From Octopus vulgaris (Eukaryota), in NCBI GenBank assembly GCA_951406725.2, contig OX597835.1:32922001-32986000 (forward strand): a DNA stretch of 64,000 nt, written 5' to 3'. Within the stretch, counting starts at the first letter, position 1. Every line of letters starts with the position of its first letter. The notes beneath the pieces were generated by a model. That model made no database searches and was not told the origin of the DNA. It saw nothing but the letters and a program-made list of their open reading frames with translations. Shown here one piece after another: positions 41,670 to 55,770 of the stretch. A program made the translations under genes and the position numbers.

Positions 41670-42264
41670 GTGAGAGATCAGTTCATGCCATCAAAGTGAC
41701 ACTGGGGTAAAATATACGAAGCCCAATATACCCATCATGACTACCCGTCTGATAAGGGTACACCAGGCACATGCATCACAACCATATGTGCGCGACATGG
41801 TGATCTCGTATCAAGATAAACAGCACATGACCTTGCAGGTGGGGCCCAGTTAGAATTTTCTTCACGTCGAGTAGCCCATCCCGCTCAAAAGGTCCCTGAA
41901 TAAGGGTTGTTTAAGGATGTTGAAAGAACCACCCATGTTTCCAGAGGTGAATTATTCAAACCCCAAAGAATCCCTCTCAACACATGGCTATGATGCTCCC
42001 CCACTACTTCTGCTCGTGATCAGAGATGCACATATCGTCAGCCACTAAGGGACATGCTCAACTGGTTAAGGTCAAACAACTGACAAGCAAATCTGTGGTA
42101 TTGAGCAGAATATTTTCTGTAGCCCATATTTTATACCAAGACAAAACAATGTACATGATAACACTTCCAATCAGTTAAGATCAGAAGCCATGAGAGCCAC
42201 TGACTGGTACTGCATCAGGGCAAGGTACTGTATCAGGGCAAGGTTCTGCATCAGGGCAAGGTAC
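41670..42264. mobile_element. Non-coding dispersed repeat family D in (TTA)n; partial copies at about 39490-39620 and about 59135-59250
   Basis: Shared catcatgactacccgtctgataagggtac... segment, ending in three 18-bp repeats (tactgcatcagggcaagg). Confidence 0.75.
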
Positions 42265-42414
42265 TTATTATTATTTGATGAAATCCCACAACATTTTATA
42301 TTTCTTATTTTATGGTACTTTACTAGGTTCGTGTTCATATCATTTATCAATATGTTCAAATCCTAGCTTTCTACATCACTCCCAGTGGATTTATGTCCCT
42401 ATGTCGTTATGACT

Positions 42415-43190
42415 TTACTTGTATCCTTTCTGTGCCAGCATACAACACTCTCTTACTATATGAGTAACACCTTCCCCCTTTGATTTGCCTAACCTACATT
42501 GGAAATCTAAGTGGGTTTTGTCTATCTTAGCTTTTATCCAATTAGTCCTTAATGCCTGATCCTGTGCTGCTGCTAACAAACTTTCTGTCTTCCTTTCTAG
42601 CCTTCCTTTCTGCAAACATATCCCTATCTCACTACTACTAGTAAGTGGATGCCTTCACTCTTGACTACCTGTTTCCTTTACATGACTAATATTGCACACT
42701 TATGTATGCCAAATTTTATGCTTATATCTTTGGGAACCTGCCATGCATAGCCTTCTCCTGTGAGTCAGATAGCTTCCGTTATTTTTTCTTGTTTTTAACT
42801 TTGTTTTTTGGGGGCGGGGTTCCCTATATCTTGCTGTGAATCTAGCAGCTCTTAATACACTCTCTGCACTATTACCTACATAAGAGTCTACATGTACTTC
42901 ATAAGACTCTTTATGCAGTATTCTACTGATATTAGCCCTCTTCCATCTACCTGTCGAGGTAAGTATAATCTTGGTACTCCTGCGGCTGGGTAGATTCCTC
43001 CGTTCATATTGAATTCCTTCTTAGTTCTTCTGTCCAGTCTACAAAAGCTGCTGAGTATGTAAGTAAAGATTCTGTCCAAGTATACATCCTTCACTAGATT
43101 CGAACCATTTAGGTTTGGTTTCATTAGTTTCCTTACCCTTCTGATGTACTCCCTCTCTCCTAGATACGTATAAATCCCTTCTTTTAATGA
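42415..43190 (-). mobile_element. Second old R4/Dong-type LINE relic
   Basis: RLYLPRQVDGRGL and TESLLAAAQDQALRT...CRL...HIVREC motifs. Confidence 0.8.
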
Positions 43191-43599
43191 TTCACACCAG
43201 ATGGGAACCTCTACACGTCCTATCTTCCGTATAAATCATAACAGTTCAGTTATGATTCCTGATGAAATTGACTTGACTCATTTTGTTGCACAATGCACAA
43301 GACTTACCTCTCTTGCAGTTGTTTTCCAAAGCACTGCATGCAGAAAGTCCAATGGTAGTTTTCTTGGAGTCAGAAGTAGAGGTTAATAGATCTCTTATAT
43401 TTTTATTCCGTCTATCGGCTATAATATGTGACTGAAGGAATATTTGTTTGAAACGAGGATATATTTCGCAACATGCTGCTAACTTTCACGTAACACATTT
43501 GAAATGCCAGCGAAATTTCGGTGCCAATTAATCAATAAAAGAATTCTTCACATTTTATTTTGCTAAAGTCATGCGTGAAAATTTGACTTTCCTTGCTAA

Positions 43600-44200
43600 T
43601 CTTAGCTGTCATTTGCAATTTCCTTCAATCGTGATTCAATGTAACCGCGGTTACTGGACAAAAGCATTTGCAAGTTTCCAGTGATCTTCTATATTAGCAC
43701 AAATCCGTTTTATCCTTAAAAATTGGGATTTCGGATTTGATCAAATTATATGATGTGGATGATCGGAGCGGTGGTGGCAGTAAATGTTGGATGACGTGGG
43801 CTTGCAAAATAATTCTGGCACTATCCTGCCTCCAGAGAACTTAACTTTTGCGTCCAAGAATTCAACGCTAGTTTTTGAAAAACGACGTGAATTTTATGTT
43901 GGACTTAAAGCCATAGTTTTTAGCATAACAGTCACAGAAATTCAAGAAGCCAAATAAACTATCCTGTGATCCTTCCCAGACACAAAAGATGTCATCTATA
44001 AACCGTAGCCAAAGAATTGGTTCTGGACCATGTAAGGATTTAAATGTCTTCAGTAACTGTGTCTCGAATTTCGTGATGAGGACGTCAGCGAAATTACCTG
44101 CCATAGGGATACCTGTGGTGCAACCTTTACTCTGGTGGTAAAATATTTTGTCTAAGCTTCATTATATTACTTTGTAACACAAACTTCAAAAAGCTACAGA
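43600..44200 (-). pseudogene. Penelope-like element reverse transcriptase fragment
   Basis: QSKGCTTGIPMAG...WLRFIDDIF...IKFT, then after a frameshift VEFLD...KPT..IY...SDHP.H..*S.PKSQFLRIKRIC. Confidence 0.88.
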
Positions 44201-44748
44201 GAAAATTATTTGGAATTCTTTAGTTTGACCGCTTTTAGAAGGCTTCCATGCACGCTTCTACCTTCTCCTTCCACTTCATCTTCTTACACTTCCACCTTTT
44301 CGTCTCCCTCCACTTCCTTCTCTTTTTCCTCCTCCAATTCTCTCTTCCCCCTTCTCCTCTCCCTCCTCCTCCACGTCCTCAACTTCCTCCTTCACTTCCT
44401 CTTCCTTTTTCTTCTCTTTCTCCTTCTCTTTCTCCTTCTCTTCCACTTTCTCAGCAGACGTGTTTATTGCAGTTACGTCTGTGAATTAAGAGCTTATCTA
44501 TTCAATGTTATATGATTCCATTTTCCGTGAAATTATGAGAGGACGCTAAGTTGCAACACTTCTTCAAACAACATTATCTAAGCTGATATTTTAGACTGAC
44601 TTGGTAAGTTCGACTATAATGTGAAAAGAACGAAACGTTTAGCTGCACATTATACATACATGTCTGCGTACATACGTACATATACACATACATATACATA
44701 CATACATACATATATACATAAGTATATACGTACATAAATACATATGTA

Positions 44749-44786
<38 letters not shown>

Positions 44787-44904
44787 CATATACCTGTATA
44801 TGTGCATATATATACATATACCTGTATATGTGCATATATATACATATATACATATACCTGTATACGTGTATGTATATATATGTATTTCCAAGCATATCAG
44901 TATG

Positions 44905-44955
<51 letters not shown>

Positions 44956-45333
44956 TTCCAGAACAATAAAATCATATTAATGAAATACTTACAAAATGAT
45001 ATATATTTCAGGGCATGACACGGATTCGGGTTTCTAGCTTAAACGTGTAGATGTGTCAAGAAATTATACATAGATATCAGGCTGTCATCAGCAGGTAAGA
45101 GAAGATCACTAAGAGCGAGTTACTGGTTTATATAAACCAAAGTGTTGCAATGTATTTGAATGAGAACGAACAGGGAACAATGGCGGGGCCGTAAAGATTG
45201 CAAATCTTTATTAACCTTTACATTGAACTGTGTTGGACATTCAGAATTTGACATTAATCATTTTAATCTAATACTGGGACAGTGCAAGGCCAAATAAATT
45301 GACTTAGAAATTGTTACAATAACAGCAGCTAAG

Positions 45334-45400
<67 letters not shown>

Positions 45401-45747
45401 CTGCTGCTGCTGTGTTCTTGTTGTTAAGTAACAAGACGAGTAAGGGTGATTAGGTGATGGTCTAGGGCTTCCAGACCTTGGAAGAAAAAACCTTGGTCGT
45501 CTTGTAGTCGAGGGCTCTTCGTTGACGCCCGACACCACTGGGAGGTGGCTCTCAAAGTCGCTGGAAATGGAGATCGCCAGGTCCAAATTCTTGGACGGCT
45601 GCTGCTGCTTTGTTACTACTACTACTGTTGCTACTACTGTTGCTGTTTTTACTACTACAGCTGCTGCTGCTACAACTACTACTACACTTACTACTACTGC
45701 TGCTGTTACTGCTGTTACTACTACTATTGCTGCTACTGCTGCTGCTG

Positions 45748-46790
45748 GCTCTGAGTTGGCAGAATCGTTAGCATGCCGGGCAAAATGTTTAGCGGCATTT
45801 CGCCAGTATTTACGGTCAGTGTTCAAATCCCGCCCAGCTTCACATTGCCTTACATCGTTTCCGAGTCGAGGAAGTAAGTACCAGTTAAACACTGGGGTCG
45901 ATGTTGTCGACTAATCCCACTCCCGTCAAATTTCAGACCTTGAGTCTATACCAGTAAAAAAAAAAATATTATTATTATTATTAGTAGTAGTAGTATGTCA
46001 GTAATAGTAGTAAAATAAGTAAAATGCATAGTGGTATTTCGTCCGCGTTCACGTTCTGAGTTCAAAATCCGTTGAGGTCCACTTTACCTTTTATCCTTTA
46101 GGGGTCGATAAATTAAGTACTAATCAAGTATTGGAATCGATGAGATCGACTTACTTCTCTCAAAAAAAATCAGGCCTTGTGCCTTTGGTAGCAAGGATTA
46201 TTAATATTGTGAAAGCAGTCACATGGCAAGATTGTCTCTGCGCCGGTCAAAATTCTTACCACTATTTCTTGCGGCTTTATATTCTCAGTTCAAATGTTAC
46301 CCCGAGGTCGACCTAGCTTTTCACTTTGTCGGAGTCGACATAATAAGTACCAGTCATGTACTGGGCTCAACGTAATCGACTAGATCCCTTCTCCAAAATA
46401 CTACTTGGACTTGTATCAACAGTTGAAGCCATTCAAATAGGGATCGAGTTGGCAGAATTGCTAGTATCTCGTACAATATGCTTAGCAGCATTTCCACTGG
46501 ATCTTTACGTTCGGAGTTCAAACACCCCCGAGGTCAACTTTGGATATCATCTTTTTACGAGGTCAACAAAACAAGATACCAATCAAGTTGTGGGTCGATT
46601 TTGAGCCCATATTGACGTTGATCTAAGATCGATTCACTTAGTATATCGACATCTGAGTTCAAATACGACCGCGGTCGACTTTGCCATTAACCTTTTCAGG
46701 GATGATAAAATAAATACCAGTTGTGCACTGGGGGTTATATAATCAATTTTTTGAACTTGTGCCAACATTTACAACTAATTTATCGACATC
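45748..46790 (+). mobile_element. Cluster of about 5 old, same-orientation SINE B copies
   Basis: Repeated gagttcaaa...gaggtc(g/a)acttt...gtcgataa...agtaccag modules. Confidence 0.75.
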
Positions 46791-46919
46791 CCCTATGAAA
46801 AAAGGAATGATGAAAAACTTTTGTTGAGTTTAGTCAGATTCGAAATAGGAACGTACAGAGGTGTCACTAAATACTGCAAGCTGTATCAAATCATGGTTAA
46901 TCCACCGCTCTTGTAGCAG

Positions 46920-47092
46920 AAAATCCACACACGCCCAACCCCGTAAAAGAAACAACTTTTACTGGTCAGAAAATGTGATTGTGGGTGAAAGGAGCCAAAG
47001 ATCACTTGACGTCAATAAGAAGCCACGTCCGCATGGAGATACTTCACACGCACGCACACACACACACAGACACACAGACACACAGACACACA

Positions 47093-47135
<43 letters not shown>

Positions 47136-47164
47136 GATGGCTACTCAACTAAGAAGTAGTAAGA
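46920..47164 (+). promoter_or_regulatory. Candidate promoter and first coding exon
   Basis: TTGACGTCAA (CRE palindrome) at 47006-47015, YY1-like CAAGATGGC overlapping the ATG at 47137, possible donor GTAAGA at 47159. Confidence 0.35.
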
Positions 47165-47313
47165 GATGTGCGCCGCCGCAGAAAGAATTTGATTTATCTG
47201 TTGCTGTCTTTTATGTCACACACACACACATATATATATGTATGTATGTATCTATATATATATATATATATATATACATATATATATAGATACATATATA
47301 TATATACATATAT

Positions 47314-47347
<34 letters not shown>

Positions 47348-47423
47348 ATATGTATATGTATATATATATATACATATATATGTATATATATATACATATA
47401 TACATATATATATACATATATGC

Positions 47424-47492
<69 letters not shown>

Positions 47493-47532
47493 CATATATA
47501 CATATATACATATATATATACATATATACATA

Positions 47533-47579
<47 letters not shown>

Positions 47580-47598
47580 TTATATATATGTGTATATA

Positions 47599-47656
<58 letters not shown>

Positions 47657-47695
47657 CATATATATATATATGTATATATATATATGTATATACAT

Positions 47696-47735
<40 letters not shown>

Positions 47736-47904
47736 TTATATATATATATATATGTTTTACTCTAACAATCGGCTTAGTTAGAATATTTACTTGATCACTC
47801 ATTCGAAACAAATAAATAAATGGCACGTTCTGGAAATTGGAATTACATTTTTTATCTATTTATATCTTCAATTCTTTATTTTGATTTTCCTTACGTTCTT
47901 ATTA

Positions 47905-48235
47905 CCACTGCTGCTGCCGCTGCTGCTCCTGCTGCTGCTGTTGTCATTGTTGCTGATGATGACGCGGTCGTTGTTGTTGTTGTTACTTTTGTAGATGTTA
48001 CTCTCCTCCATGTTTATGTTGTGAGATGTCACTGGAATCGTTTTAGATGTTCCTGCTGTTGTTGTTGTTGTTGTAGGTGTCAGTGCTGCCGTTCTTGTCG
48101 TAGATGTTATTGTTGTGAATGATGAAGTTGTAGATGAGTTGCTGTCGTTCTTGCATCTGTTGCTCTCCTGGATATTTATAATTGTAGATGTCGTCGTTGT
48201 TGTTGCCTTAGCTGTTTCTGTAGTAGTCGTAGTCC

Positions 48236-48299
<64 letters not shown>

Positions 48300-49763
48300 G
48301 GTGGTGGTGGTGGTTGCTGTTGTTGTTGTTAATTTTGCTATAAATGTTGTTATTGTAGATGTCGTTGCCGTCGGTGTTGTAGGTGTCGCCGTTGTAGCTC
48401 CTGCTGATAGATATTATTGTAGCTGTTGCTATTTTCCTAGATGTCACTCTTCTTTTGTAGATGATGATGATGGTGGTAGTGGTGGTGGTGGTCGAAGTGG
48501 TGACGATGATGATGATGGTGGTGGTAGTGGTCGTGGTGGTGACGACGATGCTGATGATGGTGGTAGTGGTGGTGGTGGTGGTGGTGGTGCTAGTGATGAC
48601 GATGATGATGATGATGATGGTGACGATGATGGTGGTGATGATGATGACGATGATGATGATGGTGGTGGTGTTGGTGTTGGTGGTGACGATGATGTTGATG
48701 ATGATGATGAAGATGATGATGATGGTGGTGGTGGCGGTAGAGGTGGTGGTGGAGACGATGATGTTGATGATGATGGTGATGATGATGGTGATGATGATGA
48801 AGGTGGTGTTGGTGGTGTTGGTGATGATGATGTTGATGATGGTGATGATGATGATGAAGATGATGATCATGACGTTGATGATGATGGTGATGATGATGAT
48901 GGTGGTGGTGGTGGTGGTGGTGACGATAATGTTGATCATGTTGATGATGATGATGATGAAGGTGGTGTTGATGGTGGTGGTGATGATGATGTTGATGATG
49001 GTGATGATGATGATGAAGATGATCATCATGACGTTGATGATGATGGTGACGATGATGATGAGGAGGACGACGACGACGACGACGACGATGACGATGATGA
49101 TGAGGAAGATGATGATGGTAACGATGTCACCTAGATGTCACTATGTTCCTGTTGTTGTTATTATCGTATTAATGTTGCTGCTTTCGTTTTTATTGTTGCT
49201 GTTGCTGTCGTTGTTGTCATTGTTGTTATTGCTTTCTAGATGTCGCTCTTGTTGTTGTTGTTGCTGTTGTTATTGTTGTAAATCTTCCTATAATGCTATT
49301 GTCAAGTTTGATACAGGACGCGGGTGGGGGCAGATAGACAAGAATTTTAATGCGAACGAACAATACAAAAAATAGATAATGGTATCTGAAAATATTGCCT
49401 ATTTGAAATATACACAGGGGTGGTGTTTAAACGATACGGTAGAGAGGCGAACAAAACGACATGTCATGTTTAGTGGCATCTTTCCTTTCTACGACCCGAG
49501 TTCAAATTCCGCTGGGGGACAATCTGTGTTTTTATTTATTTCATTTTTTTTTTCGCTTTACATAACTTTTGGTTGTGGTTGTGTTGGTTTCTTTGAGAAT
49601 GTCTAGTATAAAGTAGCATTGATTTTGCTTAGAAAAAAAATCCGTATCATTCTATTTTGTGTTCCGAAAAAATCGTGGCATTGTATCAAGTTGGAAATTT
49701 ATGTCTAACATACATTTTGTCGTCTTCTTCGTCGTTAGCATCTTTACTCATCGTCATCATCAC

Positions 49764-49824
<61 letters not shown>

Positions 49825-51455
49825 GTCGTCGTCGTCATCATCACCATCACCTGGCTGCGAGCACCGACAACATTACATTGCCACCACAAGCACCATCATG
49901 ATCATGATCATCATCATACAAAATCATCATCATTATCATCATCACCATCATCATCGCCAACACCACCATCACCATCCTCATAATCATCATCATAGGGATC
50001 ATAATCATCATACGCCATCATCATTATCATCGTGATCGTCATTATCATCATAACCCATCATCATCTTACCCCATCGTGATCATCATCATCGTAACCATCA
50101 TAACCCTCACCACTATCTGCCTTTTTATTATCATTATCATCATCCTTGTCATCATCATCGTCGTCGTTGTCATCGCCGTCATCATTATCATCATCATCAT
50201 CATCATCGCCATATCAGCAGCATCACCATCAACATCCTCATCATCATCATCGCTCATCTTCATCATTATCATCGCTATATCACCATCATCACCATCATCA
50301 CCATCCTCCTCCTCCTCCTCCTCCTCCTCATCATCATCATCATCATCATCATCATTATCGTCATCGTCACCAACATCGGTCTTAGAGACAGTCATCATTT
50401 GGTAACATAAACCTCTGAATGATAAACCAGGAATCATAACCGCGAACATTTCTTTGTCTTCAAGTTCAACCATTTCTCTTTTAGTCCTCTCGCGATTTCT
50501 TCCGCAAATGTAAAACGCTGAACCATTAACAATGTACCTCGAGGGCCTAGTGGTGGTGGTGGTGGTGGTAGTGGTGATGCTAATGATGATTGGGATAATG
50601 GTAGTGGTGTCAGTGGAATGGTGGTGGTAGTGCTGGAGATGATGGTGTTAGCGATGCTTTTGATGTCCCTACTCTGACACGAGCATTAAATAACAACTGT
50701 CATAAGAGCGGCACTCGCCATCCAACAACTCGCCATCCATTGCTGTGTTACCACCACCACCTTTCACTTTACTACCACCACCGCCACCAACACTACCATT
50801 ACCATCATCACTACCACCACCACTACCACCAACTCTACCAGCACCACCACCACCACCACTTCTATCACAACCACCAACAACCACACTACCAATACCACGA
50901 CCACTACTACCACAACCACAACCATCACCACAACCGCAACCATTACCATTACTACCACCACCACCACCAACAACAACAACACTATTGCAACTACTACCAC
51001 TCCGACAGCCACCACCACCACCTTTCACATTACAACCACCACCGCAACAGCACTACCATTACCAACACCACTACATCACCTCTACCACCACCATCAAACA
51101 CTTCTATCACAACCACCACCACCAACAACACTACCAATACCACGATCACTACCACCACAACCACAACCATCACCACGACACAACCACTATCATTACTACC
51201 ACCACCACCACCAACAATACTATCGCCAATACTACCACCACCACAACCACCACCATTACTTCCATCAAAACCACCACCTACAACAACACTACCAATACCA
51301 CGACCACGACCACCACCATCACCACGACCGCAACCATTACCATTACTACCACCACCAACAACAACAACAACACTATCGCCAATACTACCACCACCACAAC
51401 CACCACCACCAGTAACAACAACAGCAACAATACCACCATCGTTACCAGTACCACG
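47905..51455. repeat. Compound trinucleotide low-complexity region (GTT/GTA, GAT/GGT, CAT, ACC)
   Basis: Direct inspection. Higher-order internal duplications are visible. Confidence 0.9.
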
Positions 51456-51719
51456 ACTGTATTCTTTAAAATATTTCTAATGAAAGTTGACAACTCCATA
51501 TTACAGCATTGATCTTCTCATCAAATTCCACAGATATTCTCTCTTATATCAATTCGTCCATTCTTTGATTCCTGTTTTCTTCCATACTTCCAAACGTTCA
51601 TTGACTCTGGTGCGTTGTAACAAACACTGAATATCACTTCATCACATTCCTTCCCTCCCTCTCTCTCTCTCTCTTCATCTCTTTCTCTCTCCCTCTCCCT
51701 CTCCCTCTTTCTCTTTCAC

Positions 51720-51875
51720 AGGCATGGCTGTGTGGTAAGAAGTTTGCTTCCCAACCATATGATTCCGGGTTCAGCCCCACTGTGTGGTATACTTGGGCAA
51801 GTGTCTTTCACAATAGCCTCCGGCCGACCAGTGCTGTGTTAGCGGATTGGGTAAACAGAAACTGAAAGAAGCCCG

Positions 51876-51927
<52 letters not shown>

Positions 51928-52130
51928 GTATATGTATTTATGTGTGGGTTTGTGTGTCTGTGCCTGTGTTTGTCCCCCACCATCGCTTGACAGCTGATAG
52001 AATAAGTACTAGGTTTACAAAGAATCAGTCCTGGGGGCGATTTCTTCGACTAAAAACCCCTTTAAGTCAGTGCTCCAGCATGGCCGCAGTCCAATGACTG
52101 GAACATATAAAACAGTAAAAGGATAAAAGA
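51720..52130 (+). mobile_element. SINE family A
   Basis: Head, core, (CA)n and tail. Confidence 0.85.
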
Positions 52131-52139
52131 ATATCTAAT

Positions 52140-52461
52140 GAAGGCGCTTGGCTCAGTGGTTTCGGCATTCGGCTGACGAGCATAGGGTCGTGAGTTCGTT
52201 TGCTGGCGGCCAATTCTGTCCTTCAGCAAGACAACATTTCCCGTTGCCCCATTTCACTCAAGTGACAAAAGTGAATAGCACCTGTATTCAAAATGATTAG
52301 TTTTGTCACATTCCGTGCCCCGATGAATATCTCTGAGAAGTAATGGAATTAAGCATGCATGTGTCTGTGGTGTACTCAGCCACTTGCATGTTGATTTTAC
52401 GGGCTGGATGTTACGTTGATCGGATCAACTGGAACCCTGATCGTCGTAACCAACCAAGTGC
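52140..52461 (+). mobile_element. SINE family C
   Basis: Matches the 17918 copy. Confidence 0.8.
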
Positions 52462-52659
52462 CAGTTTCTGTACTCCTTTGATAGTTTCAGTCCAAGGGCT
52501 GTGGCCATACTGGGGCACTGCGGTTTGCTTTGCTAAACTTTCACTAAATCTCCTCCGATGTATGACATTTGGTGTCTTCATCTGTGTTTCTTGCTTTGAG
52601 GTGGGTTCATCCAGAACTCTTAATATTCTTTTCTACTCTTTGGGGGAGGGGGCCAGTGA

Positions 52660-52985
52660 ATTAGATCGATCCCAGTACGCAACTGGTATTTAATTTATCA
52701 ATGCCGAAAGGATGAAAGGCAAAGCCGACCTTGGCGGAATTTGAACTCAGAACATGAAAACAGACGAAATACCTATTTCTTTACTACCCAAAAAGGGGCT
52801 AAAAACAGAGAGGACAAACAAGGACATACAAACAGATTAAGTCGATTATATCGACCTCAGTGCGTAACTGGTACTTAATTTATCGACCCCGAAAGGATGA
52901 AAGGCAAAGTCGACCTCGGCGGAATTTGAACACAGAACGTAGCGGCAGACGAAATACCGCAAAGCATTCTGCCTGGCATGCTAGA
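52660..52985 (-). mobile_element. SINE family B tandem (1.5-2 units)
   Basis: Same gacgaaatacc|tatttctttactaccc junction as the 20.8-21.6 kb array. Confidence 0.85.
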
Positions 52986-53053
52986 ACTCCTTATATTAGG
53001 AGATCCAGTTTTGTGTGGAAACGTACATATGTGTATGTATGTGTGTGTATATA

Positions 53054-53113
<60 letters not shown>

Positions 53114-54032
53114 GGCACAATGGCACAATGGCAGTGGACTTGCGATGGTAGGATCACGGTTTCGATTCCTACACAAGGCATTGTGAGTGTTTATTGAGCA
53201 GAACACCTAAAAGCTCCACGAAGCTCCGACAGGAGATGGTGGCGAACCCTACTGTACTCTCTCACCACAACGTTATCTCCTGTTTCTGTTGTACCTGTAT
53301 TTCAAGGGTCAGCCTTGTCACATTCTGTCTCACGCTGAATCTCCTCGAGAACTACGTTAAGAATACACGTGTCTGTGGAGTGCTCAGCCCCTTTCACGTT
53401 AATTTCACGTTAATTTCCGATCAACTGAAACCCTCCTCGTCGTAACCGACTGAGTGTCAGGATATTGTTTATATTATCAAAATTCTGTACCCTATATCAA
53501 ATTTCAAATCAACTTTGCTTGACCAAGTGCACGGTAGATAGTTACAAATGTGAAAAAGATCGCAAATTCACGTGAGATGCAAAGATTTTGCTAAAGAGCG
53601 CAAAGTATCGTCACATCTGGGAATCGAAACCACCATCTCCAGATCGAAAGAGCAACAACCTAACTACTACGTCGCGAAAATAAGCTTTGCTATCAAACGC
53701 AATTTTATAACTAATTCAGAATTTTAACACAGCAGTGTAGTTTTTATTTATGGATATAAGATTACGTACTATATGCATATTTCATGTAGACTCGTGCCCA
53801 CGCGCACCCAGTCAACCAAGTATAATGTGTGTATGCGCGTATGTGCGTATGTGTGGGTCTGAGTGTCGAGTGGCTCTGCATGTATATGTATGTGCTGACA
53901 TATCTACATGCTTAGAAGATGCATTATATATATATTATATATATATATATATATACATGTATCAGTATATATGTATACATATATTCATACATATGATTGC
54001 ATATACATATATATGTATAAGTATTTGATGGC

Positions 54033-54063
<31 letters not shown>

Positions 54064-54676
54064 TAAATTATATAATATATGTGCGTATAACATTCACACT
54101 CACTTGTACAATTATTTGCTAAACCAATTATACTAGTAATTAATTCTTATGTGTGCAATACGTATAAATCATTTCTCAAATATATTAAATCTTTCTACTT
54201 ATTTATTTACCCAGTTTTGTGTATTATTATATTATTTCATCCGCACATCAGCATATCATGTGAGCGCGATTGCCTTTGTGCCTCAACGAATGTATATATA
54301 TATAATCATATATGTACATGTGAATGTATATAAATATTTATATATACATACATATATAAATATAAATACAAATTCGAATATATATGTGTGTGTGTGAGTG
54401 CATATTTCTATATTTGTGTGTATACATATTAACACATACAAATATATATATATATGTACATATATTTGTATGTGTAAAAATGTGTACACACACATACGTA
54501 TCTATGTACATAAATATATATCCACAAAAGTATACACATAAATACATATATGTATATATATCTATTTATGTATGAGTAAATATGTATACACATACATATA
54601 TATGGATATATTGATAGATTGATTGATATATAGAGAGATTTATAGATAGATAGATAGATAGATAAATAGATAGATT

Positions 54677-54732
<56 letters not shown>

Positions 54733-55481
54733 CATATATACATACATAAGTACACAAAGAAAGAGTGAGATTATTCAGAGGGGGTCTTTTTAACACTTCT
54801 GCTGAAATTTGCATATACGTGCGATATATATATATTATTTTTATTATAATATTACATTATTTAAGTGATTTGCAAGTAAGTTCTATTATTTTATCCTCGA
54901 ACATTTGTTTGTTGTTATTTTGTTATTTGTTGTTTCTTAATTTCGTTTCTCCATTTTTGTTTGTTTTGTTTTATGTTGCAGAAACATATTCAGTCGAAGA
55001 TATTAGTAGAATACCTGAACTCTGAAGAATTTCAATAATTTGATAATATATGCATCAATTCTAGACATTACACCAAAACTAATCATGTAGGTTTTCTTGG
55101 AATGGATCCAACCATTATATTGAATATAACCATTTGAACATTTATCAATGGCACCGCGTTTAAAAATAAAAATAAAAATAGAAATATAATATAATGGTTC
55201 GCTATGCAAAAGTTTCCACAGCATATAGAAAAACTATTGAGAAATACAGAGGAGAGAATGTCGAATGTATTGGATAACTATTGTGGTAATATATAAATGG
55301 AATTCGAATGGAACAATTGAATTTCTGGAGTAATGCAAGAATTCAATAATAGGAAATAAGCGGGTATTGATATAAAGAAACATAAGTGTGTGTGCATGCG
55401 TAAGTGTCCGTAAGGGGGTGGGGGCTATCTGGGCATGTGCATGTGTGCTCTGTTCAAAATCACATGCCAGTAACTCTCAGC

Positions 55482-55770
55482 CTGTCGGTGACGACGACGA
55501 GGGTTCCAGTTGATCTGATTAACGAAATAGCCTGCTCGTGAAATTAACATTCAAGTGGCTGAGTGCGCCATAGAAAACGGCTGTACTCTTAACGTATTTC
55601 TCCAAGAGATTCAGTGTGACACACAGAATGTGACAAAGCTGGATCTTTGAATTAAAAGTATAAATCATTTTTGCCAGCTGTATCGATTGGAACAACGTGA
55701 TGTAAAGTTTCTTGCTCAAGGACAGACGGGCCACCAGGAATCGAACATTCGACCTTACTACAGTGAGCCG
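55482..55770 (-). mobile_element. SINE family C
   Basis: Reverse complement matches family C. Confidence 0.8.

Noticed and set aside
45017-45100. Hammerhead upstream of the Penelope RT
   Set aside because: CTGATGA and GAAAC are present with a partial stem II, but stems I and III do not close. It is kept only as a weak half-site.
48115-49134. 339-aa ORF with poly-Val then Asp/Gly-rich region resembling an acidic matrix protein
   Set aside because: It is pure trinucleotide repeat, open in several frames, has a non-ATG start, and similar tracts occur at 27 kb and 37 kb.
50740-51512. Pro/Thr/His-rich extensin- or mucin-like ORFs
   Set aside because: An (ACC)n-derived tract open in overlapping frames, with no unique domain.
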